Assembly: GCA_033762115.1 (NCBI GenBank)
Contig: JANRLX010000126.1
Coordinates: 1-63,020 of the forward strand
From: Verrucomicrobiota bacterium
Lineage (GTDB): Bacteria; Verrucomicrobiota; Verrucomicrobiia; Limisphaerales; SXQI01
Direction of reading: 5' to 3'
Length of the DNA: 63,020 nucleotides
Shown: positions 20,323 to 29,101 of the stretch, piece after piece
How positions within the stretch are numbered: the first letter of the stretch is position 1
How the letters are laid out: every line of letters begins with the position of its first letter
The notes under the pieces: generated by a model
What the model saw: only the letters and a program-made list of their open reading frames with translations
Databases searched by the model: none
Told to the model about the DNA's origin: nothing
Translations under genes and position numbers: made by a program

Positions 20323-21510
20323 TCAATTGTGAACATCCCGGTGATCGCCCAGCTTTCCCCAGCTGATCGCCCCAACAGCCACGCAAATTCCTGCGCACAT
20401 GAGGTACGGCATTTCCGGTTTCAAATCAAATAACAGCCCTCCGATAACAGGCGCAATAATGCGGGCCAGGCTGCCGGCGCTTTGGGTAACCCCAAGAGTG
20501 CTTCCCTGCTCTGCCGCTGGCGTGAGGATTGAAATAAGTCCAAAAATCGGGGGTCGATGAAAACCGGAGCCAATTGCAAATAACCCCACCGTGATCAACA
20601 GGGCGCTCAGGGCTGAGAAATAGGGCAATAAAAGAAGACTTAATCCTGTCACGAATAAACTCAATGAAATCAGGCGGCGTTCCCCCAATGCCTTCACCAC
20701 CTTGCCAATCAACCCACCCTGAATTATCGCAGCGAGAAGTCCGCAATAACTCAGCAACAGTAAAACACGCTGGTCTGAATAATGGAATTTTTTCTGGAGA
20801 ATCAATCCAAAGGTCGTTTCAAAAATTGAAAAACAAAAGGTCGCGAAAAAATAAACCGCCACCACGAATCCCACCGTGGGTTGTGAAAAAGTATGCCGCC
20901 ATTGTCCCATTTTCGTGCGCGGAGGCGTGGGTTCGGCCGTGGGACTCCGGCTTTCCACCAGGATAAAGCAACCGAGTAGAAAATTAGCCGCACAAATTGT
21001 TGCTGCAACCCAGCCGGGGCCGCTCCGGCCAAAAAAATGCGCTGCGCCTGCACCAAGCGCGGGACCCAGGATAAAGCCAAGCCCAAAAGACATCCCGATC
21101 AACCCCATGCTTTTTGAGCGTTTCTCCGGAGGGCTGATATCCGCAATGTATGCAGAAGCCACAGAAAGGTTCGCGCCGCAGATACCGGCAAAAATCCTGG
21201 AACAGAGCAGTAATAAAAGTCCTTTGTCTCCCGCCATGCTGGAAGCAATGGCAAACAGCGCATAGGACAATGCTGATCCCGCATTGCTCACCAAAAGAAT
21301 CGGGCGCCGTCCAATTTTATCCGACCATTTGCCCCAAACAGGTGCGAAGAGAAACTGCATCAGCGAAAAGGAAGCCATGATCATCCCGACCATCAGGCCG
21401 GATGCGCCGAACTGCTTGCTGTAAAGCGGCAGTAACGGCATGACGATGCCAAAGCCGATCAGGTCAATAAAGACCGTCAGAAAAATGATCAGCAACGATG
21501 GCTTTCGCAT
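20323..21510 (-). CDS. MFS transporter (TetA/DHA1-like)
   Basis: Motifs FIDLIGFGIVMP, GKWSDKIGRRP, GLGFILGPALG; about 12 TM segments. Start set at ATG 21510. Confidence 0.92.
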   Translation of the reverse strand: MRKPSLLIIFLTVFIDLIGFGIVMPLLPLYSKQFGASGLMVGMIMASFSLMQFLFAPVWGKWSDKIGRRPILLVSNAGSALSYALFAIASSMAGDKGLLLLLCSRIFAGICGANLSVASAYIADISPPEKRSKSMGLIGMSFGLGFILGPALGAGAAHFFGRSGPGWVAATICAANFLLGCFILVESRSPTAEPTPPRTKMGQWRHTFSQPTVGFVVAVYFFATFCFSIFETTFGLILQKKFHYSDQRVLLLLSYCGLLAAIIQGGLIGKVVKALGERRLISLSLFVTGLSLLLLPYFSALSALLITVGLFAIGSGFHRPPIFGLISILTPAAEQGSTLGVTQSAGSLARIIAPVIGGLLFDLKPEMPYLMCAGICVAVGAISWGKLGDHRDVHN

Positions 21511-21540
21511 CTGCGGTGATTCCAAATTGGAACGGATCAA

Positions 21541-22917
21541 CTATTTGGAAACCAGCTTGAAGACAATTCCCTTTGTCCCCACAAGCCCATTGCTGCCACT
21601 GGTGAGAACATACAGTTCTCCATCTTGATCCTGACCAAAAGCTGTCACATACAAATTCAAACCCTTTTCGTGTGAGGCGAGAGACAGTTTCTCGATTTTC
21701 CAGGGAGTTTTTCCGTCTGAGGGTGTGGCAACATAAATCATCCCGTCAGGCTTCACCCAATGCCGCGACCAATCGGCGAAAATATACTTCCCTCTCAATT
21801 CCGGGATTGCCTTCCCCCGATACATATAACCACTGGTAATCGAAATACCGAGTGCGTCCGGATCCTTCGGAAAGGAGCGGAAGCTTTTATATTCGAAAAC
21901 CGGGTCCACAAAGCTGTGGCCATGCTCATCTTTTTCGGCGCAGGTTTCAGGGGATTTCTTCGGATTTTTGGGATCAAAACAATGGAACCCTTCCCGGAGG
22001 TTCCATCCGTAGTTGCCACCTTTTTTGATAATGTTCACCTCTTCGTACAAATCCTGCCCGATATCAGCAGCCAGAAGCCCATGTGTGCCATCGCGATCAA
22101 ATGACATTTTCCAAACATTGCGCAGGCCAAGCGCATAAATCTCCGGGCGCGCGCCTTCGATATTTAAAAAAGGATTATCAGCTGGAATGTAATACCCAGG
22201 CTCGACTGGGTTGCTGACCGATGGAATACCGTAACGCTTCTGCAGTTCAGGTGAGATTCCCGTCGATTTCCTCACATCCAGCCGCACTATTTTTCCCAGC
22301 AATGTTGTCAGGTCCTGGCTATTCCCCTTTTCCGAGTGCCCTTTGCCGGTGCCATTGGCGTTTCCGCCATCTCCCACTGATAAATACAAAAACTCATCCG
22401 GACCAAACATGAGGCATCCCCCGTTGTGATTGAAGTAAGGCTTGTCGATCTGCAACATGACCTTTTCCGTGGAAATGTCCGCAGCAGTGCCAGAATCATC
22501 CGCTTTGAATTCCGAGAGGGTCATTGTGTGGTCCCATTCAGCGGGTCCATCCTTGCGCAAAGGGGCGCTGTAAACCACGAAAAGCCGTTTATTTTCCTCA
22601 AATTTGGGATGAAGCGCCAATCCGAGGACCCCGCGTTCATCAAAGCCCTGGTTCAACTTGCAAAGTTTGGAACGCAAATCGAGAAACGCTTTCTCCTCCC
22701 GTTGCCCGTTTTTGTTTATACGATAAATGACCCCGATTTGGTCGGCGACCAACATTTCCCCCTCTTTCCCAATGGTGGTCAGTTCGATGGGGGAAACGAG
22801 CCCCGAAGTGACTTCCTTCAAGCTGGCGGTCAGTTCAGCCCCCGTTGCAGGCTGGGCAGTCAAATAAAAGCCACAACAAAGCATGCTGCAAATGGCGGTA
22901 ATGATTCGAAATTTCAC
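21541..22917 (-). CDS. PQQ-dependent sugar dehydrogenase (glucose/sorbosone DH family), secreted
   Basis: Signal peptide; motifs ERGVLGLALHP, NHNGG, LSVGDGG, GLRN, GGNYGW, FGQDQDGELY. Confidence 0.9.
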   Translation of the reverse strand: MKFRIITAICSMLCCGFYLTAQPATGAELTASLKEVTSGLVSPIELTTIGKEGEMLVADQIGVIYRINKNGQREEKAFLDLRSKLCKLNQGFDERGVLGLALHPKFEENKRLFVVYSAPLRKDGPAEWDHTMTLSEFKADDSGTAADISTEKVMLQIDKPYFNHNGGCLMFGPDEFLYLSVGDGGNANGTGKGHSEKGNSQDLTTLLGKIVRLDVRKSTGISPELQKRYGIPSVSNPVEPGYYIPADNPFLNIEGARPEIYALGLRNVWKMSFDRDGTHGLLAADIGQDLYEEVNIIKKGGNYGWNLREGFHCFDPKNPKKSPETCAEKDEHGHSFVDPVFEYKSFRSFPKDPDALGISITSGYMYRGKAIPELRGKYIFADWSRHWVKPDGMIYVATPSDGKTPWKIEKLSLASHEKGLNLYVTAFGQDQDGELYVLTSGSNGLVGTKGIVFKLVSK

Positions 22918-22924
22918 AAAAGAC

Positions 22925-22954
22925 AGTATATGAGGGAGGGAGAATCGGCTGCAA
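22925..22954 (-). promoter_or_regulatory. Putative leaderless promoter (TTGCAG-18-TATACT) heading the minus-strand gene run
   Basis: The -10 TATACT ends 7 nt before the GTG start at 22917. Confidence 0.55.
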
Positions 22955-22996
22955 GCTTTGCTCTGATTTGCATGACAAAATTTTCAGGGTAAAGTG

Positions 22997-23025
22997 TTGA
23001 CGCGTCAGAAGGCGATTTGTATCTT
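22997..23025 (+). promoter_or_regulatory. Sigma70 promoter of tRNA-Asn (TTGACG-17-TATCTT)
   Basis: Near-consensus hexamers ending 15 nt upstream of the mature tRNA. Confidence 0.7.
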
Positions 23026-23040
23026 CCGTCGCTCTTGGGT

Positions 23041-23115
23041 TCCAAAGTAGCTCAATGGTAGAGCACGCGGCTGTTAACCGTGTGGTTGTAGGTTCGAGTC
23101 CTACCTTTGGAGCCA
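23041..23115 (+). tRNA. tRNA-Asn (GTT)
   Basis: Acceptor stem TCCAAAG/CTTTGGA, D-arm GCTCAATGGTAGAGC, anticodon loop CTGTTAA, T-loop GGTTCGAGTCC, encoded CCA. Confidence 0.98.
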
Positions 23116-23205
23116 TTCTTAATCGTTGATTTCAAGACCTCCAAGAAATTTGCCTCACGGCTTTAAGATCGGAAGAGGAAAGTTCCACCTGCACCTCACT
23201 CAGCA

Positions 23206-23265
23206 TCAGATTTTATCTGACGAAAGGGCGATGTACATCGCCCTGCCCTTTGCCCAAGGTGGGCA
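23206..23265. repeat. Three tandem inverted repeats including a perfect 20-bp palindrome
   Basis: TCAGAT-ttt-ATCTGA (23206-23220), AGGGCGATGTACATCGCCCT (23225-23244) and TGCCCA-agg-TGGGCA (23251-23265). Confidence 0.7.
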
Positions 23266-23336
23266 CGATGATCTTATTGCCTTACACAAAGGAGAACGGC
23301 CTTCTGATTCCGTGCTATTTCAGTCCTTGTAACGGG

Positions 23337-24965
23337 TCAGTTTTCACGGACACGGAAAAACTGTTTCCCAGGTGTGAGGGAAACCGGAATCGAAACTGAG
23401 TTGGAAGCGTTCGAAATGACGACGAATGAGGACCATGTCCCAAAATCTACCGTGCTCTGAACATCGTAGAGGACATTGTGGACGGCTTGAAAGCGGATGT
23501 GAGACTCTCCAGACTCAGTCAGAGACATGCTCAGCACGCTTGGCTCGGCAATGGTTAAAAATTGCGAAGACGCGACGTTCTGGAATTCCTGGATGAGCCC
23601 GGATGGCCATTCCACTCGCACCAATTCAGCGATTAAGGCATCACCAAGTCCAAAGTGAGCTTCCATGTCGCCTCCGCCAATCTGGCGCAGCTGCCAAAAG
23701 TTGGTTCCTCCTATCGTTGCGCGGAGGCGCACCTTGGCCCCGAATGCTGAACGGTTCGAAGAACGGCCATCAAGCTGAACGCGCAGCCAGCGGTTGCTGT
23801 TGCCGCTGTTTCGATAGAGCGTGTTCAAAGTGTTGAAAGTATTTGCCACCCACAGATCGAGGAAGCCGTCACGATTATAATCGACCCATGCCGCGGAACG
23901 ACCCTCGCCTGTATCACTGGGAAGACTTGCGTCTGTAACTCTCGTAAAAGAGCCATCGGAATTGTTTCGGTAGAGGGCATCACGTTTCACTGTGCTCCCA
24001 TTTGAAACGAACAAATCGAGCCACCCGTCATTGTCGTAGTCGCCCCAAACAGCGCCGTAGGAATGGCTGGCGTCGCTCGCCAACGCCCCTGGTGTAATCT
24101 TTCCAAAGGTCCCGTCGCCATTGTTATGATAAAGCGCGTTCCGGGGGCCATACGTCCGGACAAATAAATCCAGGAGGCCATCATTGTCATAATCGCCCCA
24201 GGCTCCGCCCGAGAACTTTCCCGCTTCTGTTACAAGCAAACCATTGGTCACCCGTGAAAAACTTCCAGCGCCTTCATTGTGATACAGGAGGTTTCGGTTA
24301 TTCTGGTAATTCGCCAGAAAAAGGTCGACCCGGCCATCATTATCGTAATCACCCCACTCGGCTCCCTGGGAGAATGGGCTATTGGTCAGTATGGAGTTTG
24401 CTACTTTACGAAAGGAGTTGCCTTCATTATGAAAGAGAGAATTGGCCTGCCCTTCGTTAATGCTAATGAGATCAATCAAGCCATCATTGTCGTAATCTCC
24501 CCATGCACATCCAACTGTGCCGCCCCCGTCAGACGAAACGGAGTTGGTGATTGCCGTGAAAGTGCCGTTGCCGTTGTTTTGGTAGAGCAGGTCGTTGCCA
24601 ATTTTCCCGGCATAAAGATCCAGCCATCCGTCATTATTGTAGTCCGCCCATCCCGCCCAAATGACGCCACCGCTGTTGGGAAAGAGGTTCGAAGTGATCA
24701 CCGAAAAAGTCCCATTCCGATCGTTGTGGTACAGCCGGTTCGCTCCAGATTGCGGCGGATTCCCGACAGTCGTGCCCAGAAAAAGGTCCGGGTAACCGTC
24801 ACGATCATAATCTGCCCATGCCGAGCCTACACCACTGACACTGCCCATTGGGAGATTGGATACACGTTCAAACGATGCACCCGTGTGGAGGTCCCCTGCC
24901 GTGGCGAGGGGAACCAGGAGAACCGCCAGCAGCAAAAGGAGGGTAAGCCTTGAAGTTGAAATCAT
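23337..24965 (-). CDS. CRTAC1-family protein (FG-GAP/VCBS propeller + ASPIC/UnbV), secreted
   Basis: Signal peptide, seven W-x-DY-x-x-DG-x-x-DL repeats, then NRSAFGAKV...AHFGLG...VEWPSG. Confidence 0.92.
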   Translation of the reverse strand: MISTSRLTLLLLLAVLLVPLATAGDLHTGASFERVSNLPMGSVSGVGSAWADYDRDGYPDLFLGTTVGNPPQSGANRLYHNDRNGTFSVITSNLFPNSGGVIWAGWADYNNDGWLDLYAGKIGNDLLYQNNGNGTFTAITNSVSSDGGGTVGCAWGDYDNDGLIDLISINEGQANSLFHNEGNSFRKVANSILTNSPFSQGAEWGDYDNDGRVDLFLANYQNNRNLLYHNEGAGSFSRVTNGLLVTEAGKFSGGAWGDYDNDGLLDLFVRTYGPRNALYHNNGDGTFGKITPGALASDASHSYGAVWGDYDNDGWLDLFVSNGSTVKRDALYRNNSDGSFTRVTDASLPSDTGEGRSAAWVDYNRDGFLDLWVANTFNTLNTLYRNSGNSNRWLRVQLDGRSSNRSAFGAKVRLRATIGGTNFWQLRQIGGGDMEAHFGLGDALIAELVRVEWPSGLIQEFQNVASSQFLTIAEPSVLSMSLTESGESHIRFQAVHNVLYDVQSTVDFGTWSSFVVISNASNSVSIPVSLTPGKQFFRVREN

Positions 24966-25136
24966 ATAGTTTAACGGACGCTCGAGCCAAAACCGTACTA
25001 ATTATTGCAACTGACTCATCACGGCAAAAGGGAAAGCCTTGTATCCCGCGCTGAAGCTGAACAGTTTCCGGCCATTCATCCATGGATCGACCTAAGCTCT
25101 AGCTTCTAAGATTCGAATTGCTGAAAATAGGAGAGC

Positions 25137-25895
25137 GTGCAGACTTTGACCGTGATCTACCAGGAGTTTGCTCCCGCACCGCAACTCTCTTCTTTGGTGT
25201 CCTGCTATTGGCGTTTTACTCCACCTGTATCACATGAGCCGAATCACTTCACTCACACCGTTCCGCCGGATGGTGCAGTCAATCTCTGCTGGCTGCCTCC
25301 AGGTGTTTGCGTACTCGTAGGCCCCCGGATGAACGCGCTCCGCGTTCCCGTGCAAGCTGGCCTTTCTTACTGCGGCATCCGTTTTTGTCCCGGCGTGGCT
25401 GGCCCCCTTTTGGGAATTAATAGCATCGCCATACGCGACCAGGTTCAACCCTTTTCGTGTGACTCATTCGCATCAGTTATGCGTGAAAGCGGAATTCAGG
25501 GCCTCAATGAACTGATTGCGCGTTGGTCACGCGAAAAACATTTCAGCGCGCCAGATAATGTGGTGGTCGAACTGACGCAGCGAATTCTTGCGGCTGAAGG
25601 CGATATTTCAGTCGCTGCGCTTTGCGCCGGGCTGGGACTAAGTTACCGGCAGATCCTGCGACGTTTTTATGAGGCGACCGGCCTCACACCCAAGGAATTC
25701 GCCCGCCTGCGTCGCCTGCGCCACGCCTGTGTGGAAGCTTTACGCAAGGCTGCTCCAGCGTGGGCGGACCTTTCCGCCGCCACTGGCTTTTCTGATCAGG
25801 CTCATATGACACGCGAGTTTCAGGATATCTACGGCTGGACTCCGCGCCTGGTCCACGAGTACCTCCGGCGCATCGAACACCGCGACACCGTGTAG
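25137..25895 (+). CDS. AraC-family regulator (DUF6597-type N-terminus + HTH)
   Basis: Motifs LVSCYW, VPPDG, GIRF, GLTPKEFARLRRL, GFSDQAHMTREF; AGGAGA precedes the GTG. Confidence 0.9.
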   Translation: MQTLTVIYQEFAPAPQLSSLVSCYWRFTPPVSHEPNHFTHTVPPDGAVNLCWLPPGVCVLVGPRMNALRVPVQAGLSYCGIRFCPGVAGPLLGINSIAIRDQVQPFSCDSFASVMRESGIQGLNELIARWSREKHFSAPDNVVVELTQRILAAEGDISVAALCAGLGLSYRQILRRFYEATGLTPKEFARLRRLRHACVEALRKAAPAWADLSAATGFSDQAHMTREFQDIYGWTPRLVHEYLRRIEHRDTV

Positions 25896-25944
25896 CTGTG
25901 TCACTTTTATTCAAGACCCCTGCTCCTGACTGTTGTAAACCTGC

Positions 25945-26472
25945 ATGATGCGATTATTTACCAGTATTTTATTTCTCACCGGTGTGCTCATTTCTTCCGT
26001 TGCCCAGGCCCAGAGTCGACCAGACCTCGGACTGCATAAGGCAGCGATGGAAAAATTAAAGTTCCTCACTGGGAAGTGGCGGGGTGACGCAATAATCACT
26101 CCGGGCGATGGGCCCAATATCAAGTTTTCGCAAACCGAAGAGGTGCAATACAAACTTGATGGAACGATCATGACTATCGAGGGCACGGGTCGGGATGAAA
26201 CAGGAAAGACCGTGTTCAATGCTTTTGCCATCGTCTCCTACGACCCGCAACGTCAGGCCTACCGCATCTGTGCCTGGAACAGCGGACACTATATCGAAAG
26301 CGAGCTGAAGGTAGGTGACAAAACTTTTGAATGGGGCTTTCAGCAGGGACCTTTGAAATCGCTCTCCCAAATGAAGGTGGATGCTGATGGGAATTGGTCG
26401 GAAGCCTCCGAGGTGACCCTCAGCGACGGAAGGAAGCTGCACAGTGTAACCATGCTTCTGAAGAAACAGTGA
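25945..26472 (+). CDS. Hypothetical secreted protein (possibly lipocalin-like beta-barrel)
   Basis: Signal peptide; AMEKLKFLTGKWRG; beta-rich; immediately downstream of the AraC gene. Confidence 0.75.
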   Translation: MMRLFTSILFLTGVLISSVAQAQSRPDLGLHKAAMEKLKFLTGKWRGDAIITPGDGPNIKFSQTEEVQYKLDGTIMTIEGTGRDETGKTVFNAFAIVSYDPQRQAYRICAWNSGHYIESELKVGDKTFEWGFQQGPLKSLSQMKVDADGNWSEASEVTLSDGRKLHSVTMLLKKQ

Positions 26473-26504
26473 TCTGCGCTGGGTCCGAGTTTAGACGCAA
26501 TTCC

Positions 26505-27797
26505 TCACTTCATTGCGGTGCGTGATTTGTTGCGGATGCACCAGAGGTTCTGATGGGTGCGGATAAAGATTTCTCCATCGGAGGTTGCCAGTGATCCATT
26601 CGTCAGTTCATTTCCAATCGTGTTGACGGTCACCACTTCAAATTTGGGGCTGGCCTTGAGAATCACGACATCCCCGCTTTGGTTCGGCACATAGATGAGA
26701 TCTCCTGCCAGGGTCATGTTGGACCATGATTCCGATTTGGGGCCCTTTGACGGCAGCCGTTCCTCCCAAACGACGGTTCCACTCTTCAGTTCGATGCACT
26801 CGGCGACGCCGGGAGTGTTCAAAACATAGACATAACCATCCTTGATCACCCCGGAGCCGAGTCGGTTCTTCGTCCGTTGTTTCTCCCATAATTTATGGGT
26901 GGCAGTCACATCGCCACTGCCGCCCGGCTTCACAGCCACGGTTGTTCCCATGAACCCGCCCATCGCCACCACCACTCCATCACCATAAATGGGCGAGGTA
27001 TAGAGAAGCGGGTTTAACCCCTTGCATCTCCAGAAAATTTTGCCGGTCATCGGGTCGAGCCCCTGAACTTCCTCGGGAACGCTGATGACCAGTTCATCCC
27101 GCCCGTTCACGTTGATCAGAATCGGGGTGCTCCATGAGCCGACAATGCCACCCTGCTCCCGTCCGGCAAAACCATCGGTTCGTTTCGGAGGAAAAACTTC
27201 AGGCATGTCAATTTGCCAAACGATGTCGCCGGTTTTTTTATTGAGCGCGGCAAGGAAAGTTCGTTTGCCCGGACCAAAATGGATATAGCAAAGGTCCTTG
27301 TGCAAAACTGGAGAGGCGGCGTAGCCCCATTCATGTGTTTGTTTTCCCAGATCGCGTTTCCAAAGTTCTTTTCCATCCATCGAGTAACAGAAAACTCCTG
27401 CGGAACCAAACCAGGCCACAACACGCTCACCATCGGTGACCGGGGAAGCAGAGCATTGTGGATTCGTCTCGTGTGATTCTTCCTTTTCCGGATAGGTGGT
27501 CCCCGCACGCCAGAGTTCTTTTCCTGTGGCGCGGTCGAGGCAAAGGAGCAACCGTTTTCCGTCTGCTTCAATCGCCTGTGTCACAAATACCTTGTTTCCC
27601 CAAACAATCGGGGTGGAGTTGCCCCGGTCAGGCAAAGGAGTTTTCCATTTAATATTTTCCGTTGCGCTCCATTCGCGGGGTAAATTGGGGTCTGTTGCCA
27701 CACCGGAACCACCACTTCCCCGCCAGGCAGGCCAATTCTCGGCCTGGAGGGTGGACACGGAAAGCAGTGCCAGGAAAAGCGCTTGAGAGAATTTCAT
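26505..27797 (-). CDS. PQQ-binding-like beta-propeller repeat protein (BamB-like), secreted
   Basis: Signal peptide, ENWPAWRG, and repeated STP/ASP...D-xx-TG-xx-W blades. Confidence 0.92.
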   Translation of the reverse strand: MKFSQALFLALLSVSTLQAENWPAWRGSGGSGVATDPNLPREWSATENIKWKTPLPDRGNSTPIVWGNKVFVTQAIEADGKRLLLCLDRATGKELWRAGTTYPEKEESHETNPQCSASPVTDGERVVAWFGSAGVFCYSMDGKELWKRDLGKQTHEWGYAASPVLHKDLCYIHFGPGKRTFLAALNKKTGDIVWQIDMPEVFPPKRTDGFAGREQGGIVGSWSTPILINVNGRDELVISVPEEVQGLDPMTGKIFWRCKGLNPLLYTSPIYGDGVVVAMGGFMGTTVAVKPGGSGDVTATHKLWEKQRTKNRLGSGVIKDGYVYVLNTPGVAECIELKSGTVVWEERLPSKGPKSESWSNMTLAGDLIYVPNQSGDVVILKASPKFEVVTVNTIGNELTNGSLATSDGEIFIRTHQNLWCIRNKSRTAMK

Positions 27798-27892
27798 GCC
27801 ACAAGATTATCAGACAGGGGTTATCACATCCAGAAAAGAAGCTGAATCTCCACTTTCGCTTCAAGGCACGCCATCTGCTATGTTCCTTCCCA

Positions 27893-28630
27893 ATGGCTGT
27901 TATGCAAATGAATCGTCGTGGTGCAATCAAATCATTCCTCCTGCTGACTGCCACTTCCCTTGTGGAGGGGCAACGTTCTGTCAATCGCCTTCTGGCGGCG
28001 ACGCGCACGACTCCTCTTCTTCAACTGAAACTTTCGGATTACCCGGCGCTGCAAACAATCAACGGATCTGTGCGGATCGGGACCAGCCAGATCAAGAGCG
28101 ATCACTATCCCGAAGGACTCTTCTGGCCTGTCATCATCACGAGAAATGCAGCCAATGGTTTTGATGCGGTGGATGCAGCTTGCACTCATGAAGGATGCAC
28201 AGTCGCCGCGGCAGATCCGCAGAGTCACCGGCTGGTTTGCCCATGCCACGGCTCGGTATTTGCGAGTGATGGAAGACGGCTCTCCGGTTTCGCCGAAAGC
28301 AACCTGCTCAAGTATTCGACGAGATTGAACGGAAACCTGCTTTCCGTAGACATTCCCGATTGGCATGTGGCCATAGACCAACACAGTGTCATTACCTCCA
28401 CAGAGAAGCGGATTCGATTGATGTTTTTGGGATTTCCACCCATTGTCTATCAGGTTCATTTTCGGCCTTTGAACACACAAGCTGATACAACGGTTCAATT
28501 TGCTCTTTCGCCTGACGGACCTTTCAATGAAACCGAATTTACCGGAAACAGCGAAGACACATCATTGTATGTTCCTCTGCCACAGCAGGACGGTTTTTAT
28601 CAGATTGCCATGAAAGCCATGGAGGTTTAG
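27893..28630 (+). CDS. Tat-exported Rieske [2Fe-2S] protein with extra C-terminal domain
   Basis: MNRRGAIK twin-Arg signal; CTHEGC and CPCHGS ligand motifs. Start set at ATG 27893, just downstream of TGcTATGTT. Confidence 0.88.
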   Translation: MAVMQMNRRGAIKSFLLLTATSLVEGQRSVNRLLAATRTTPLLQLKLSDYPALQTINGSVRIGTSQIKSDHYPEGLFWPVIITRNAANGFDAVDAACTHEGCTVAAADPQSHRLVCPCHGSVFASDGRRLSGFAESNLLKYSTRLNGNLLSVDIPDWHVAIDQHSVITSTEKRIRLMFLGFPPIVYQVHFRPLNTQADTTVQFALSPDGPFNETEFTGNSEDTSLYVPLPQQDGFYQIAMKAMEV

Positions 28631-29101
28631 ATGGGGCTGCTCCGCATCCTGGTGGATGGCTACAGCCTGCTGCACGCCTGGCCGGAACTGGCTCCCGGCA
28701 AGGCACGCTTTTCCGCCGCCGCCCGTGATGAGTTGATTCACTGGCTCACCCAGTATCGGGACGCCACCGGCACCCCGATTACGGTGATTTTCGATGGGGC
28801 AGGCGCTCCGGCGGGCATTTCCAAAATGCACTCCACGCCCGAAATGGAAATTCTATTTTCCAAGGCAGGTCACACTGCTGATGACTTGATCGAACGCGCG
28901 GCTCACCGGTTTGCTGAACATGGCCCAATCCTGGTAGTGACCAATGATTTTGCTGAGCGCGATACGGTTTTTGCGGGTGGAGCGCACTTTTCCAGCTGTC
29001 AAAATTTCATTCGCGAAATTCAGATTACATTAGGAGAGTTGCATGATGATCTGAAGAATTATAACAAACGGGAAATGAGCCGCTTCAAAAAACCGAAATG
29101 A
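28631..29101 (+). CDS. YacP/Rae1-like NYN-domain ribonuclease
   Basis: Motifs ILVDGYS, VIFDG, TADDLIE, VVTND. Confidence 0.88.
   Translation: MGLLRILVDGYSLLHAWPELAPGKARFSAAARDELIHWLTQYRDATGTPITVIFDGAGAPAGISKMHSTPEMEILFSKAGHTADDLIERAAHRFAEHGPILVVTNDFAERDTVFAGGAHFSSCQNFIREIQITLGELHDDLKNYNKREMSRFKKPK

Noticed and set aside
23041..23115. Functional link between queuosine-type tRNA-Asn(GUU) and the RaSEA-like cassette
   Set aside because: They are 5 kb apart, divergently transcribed and separated by unrelated genes; no tgt or que genes are in the window.
23217..23250. CTGACGA followed by a hairpin, resembling a hammerhead ribozyme core
   Set aside because: The required GAAA after stem II is absent.
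22835..23332. ORFs 22835-23116 (-) and 23126-23332 (+)
   Set aside because: The first is the antisense of the tRNA; the second has no recognisable motif and spans the hairpin cluster.
23860..24830. Periodic repeats that might suggest a CRISPR or DNA repeat array
   Set aside because: They are degenerate protein-level FG-GAP blades within one ORF, not identical DNA repeats with spacers.
23116..26504. Active integrative element at tRNA-Asn
   Set aside because: No integrase gene and no duplicated tRNA 3' end (attR) were found by eye.
27662..27892. Long N-terminal extension of the Rieske ORF
   Set aside because: It overlaps the divergent propeller gene and would bury the twin-arginine signal.
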